Origin: Octopus sinensis
Taxonomy: Eukaryota
Direction of reading: 5' to 3'
Length of the DNA: 64,000 nucleotides
NCBI RefSeq assembly: GCF_006345805.1
Contig: NC_043005.1
Span: 90,520,001-90,584,000, forward strand
Below the pieces are notes generated by a model. It saw only the letters and a list, made by a program, of their open reading frames with translations, was not told the DNA's origin and searched no databases. The position numbers and the translations under genes were made by a program. Positions 63,532 to 64,000 of the stretch are shown here, one piece after another (position 1 is the stretch's first letter; every line of letters begins with the position of its first letter).

Positions 63532-64000
63532 GCTATCTGGGGGCCACGTATCTTGATATTCTTTCGTTTCTTCAATATATGTGTAAGTGTGTGAAGTTTG
63601 TAATAAACTGAGATGCAAAAAAAAAATGCATCAAATAAGTAGAAGATTTGAAGTAGGGTTTTTTTTTTTTTGCTAAATATAAATTTAATTTACCAGAAAA
63701 CAGGATAACAGTTCTAATAATTAAACCAATCCTTTTGAATTTAGTTGGATGTGAAGTGATTATGTATTTTCCATTCATCGTTGATTCTCATGCATTCACA
63801 CAAACAGGATTTTGTACTATAATAATTCTTTTGTTTTACAATTGACGCTTGTATGGTTGGTATGGTTAAAAAGTTCACTTTCCAACTGTGTGATTATTGG
63901 AACCCCCTCCCTCACTGCATGCCACTTTGGGCAGTTGTCTTCTACTATAGCCCTGGGCAGGCTTGGTTTTGAGTCCCCACTTATTCATCATAGTCCTCTT

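Overview
AT-rich eukaryotic genomic DNA dense in repeats. The SINE, LINE and microsatellite content matches a coleoid cephalopod, most likely Octopus (inferred from repeat families, not checked against a database). Two host genes are supported. The first is a complete 11-coding-exon D-3-phosphoglycerate dehydrogenase (PHGDH) on the + strand, 14486-39162, 538 aa, with all junctions GT-AG and in phase. The second is a convergent, unrecognised gene on the - strand with four phase-compatible exons (63517-63531, 48756-48901, 46808-46921, 43367-43509). It encodes a signal peptide and a cysteine-bearing region with four N-glycosylation sequons, and its 3' end is unresolved. The rest is decayed mobile DNA: CR1-, RTE- and R4/Dong-like LINEs, a Gypsy element, Tc1/mariner relics, Penelope fragments, about 40 SINE copies and long microsatellites. 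The most notable signals are the orphan secreted-protein gene, a near-canonical minimal type I hammerhead ribozyme in an inverted Penelope-type terminus (1020-1065, - strand) with several related foldbacks, and a CpG-rich patch in PHGDH intron 1 with an ETS-CRE motif and an antisense exon-like ORF. No CRISPR array, rRNA or genuine tRNA gene is supported. Exon and ribozyme coordinates were counted by hand; repeat boundaries are approximate.
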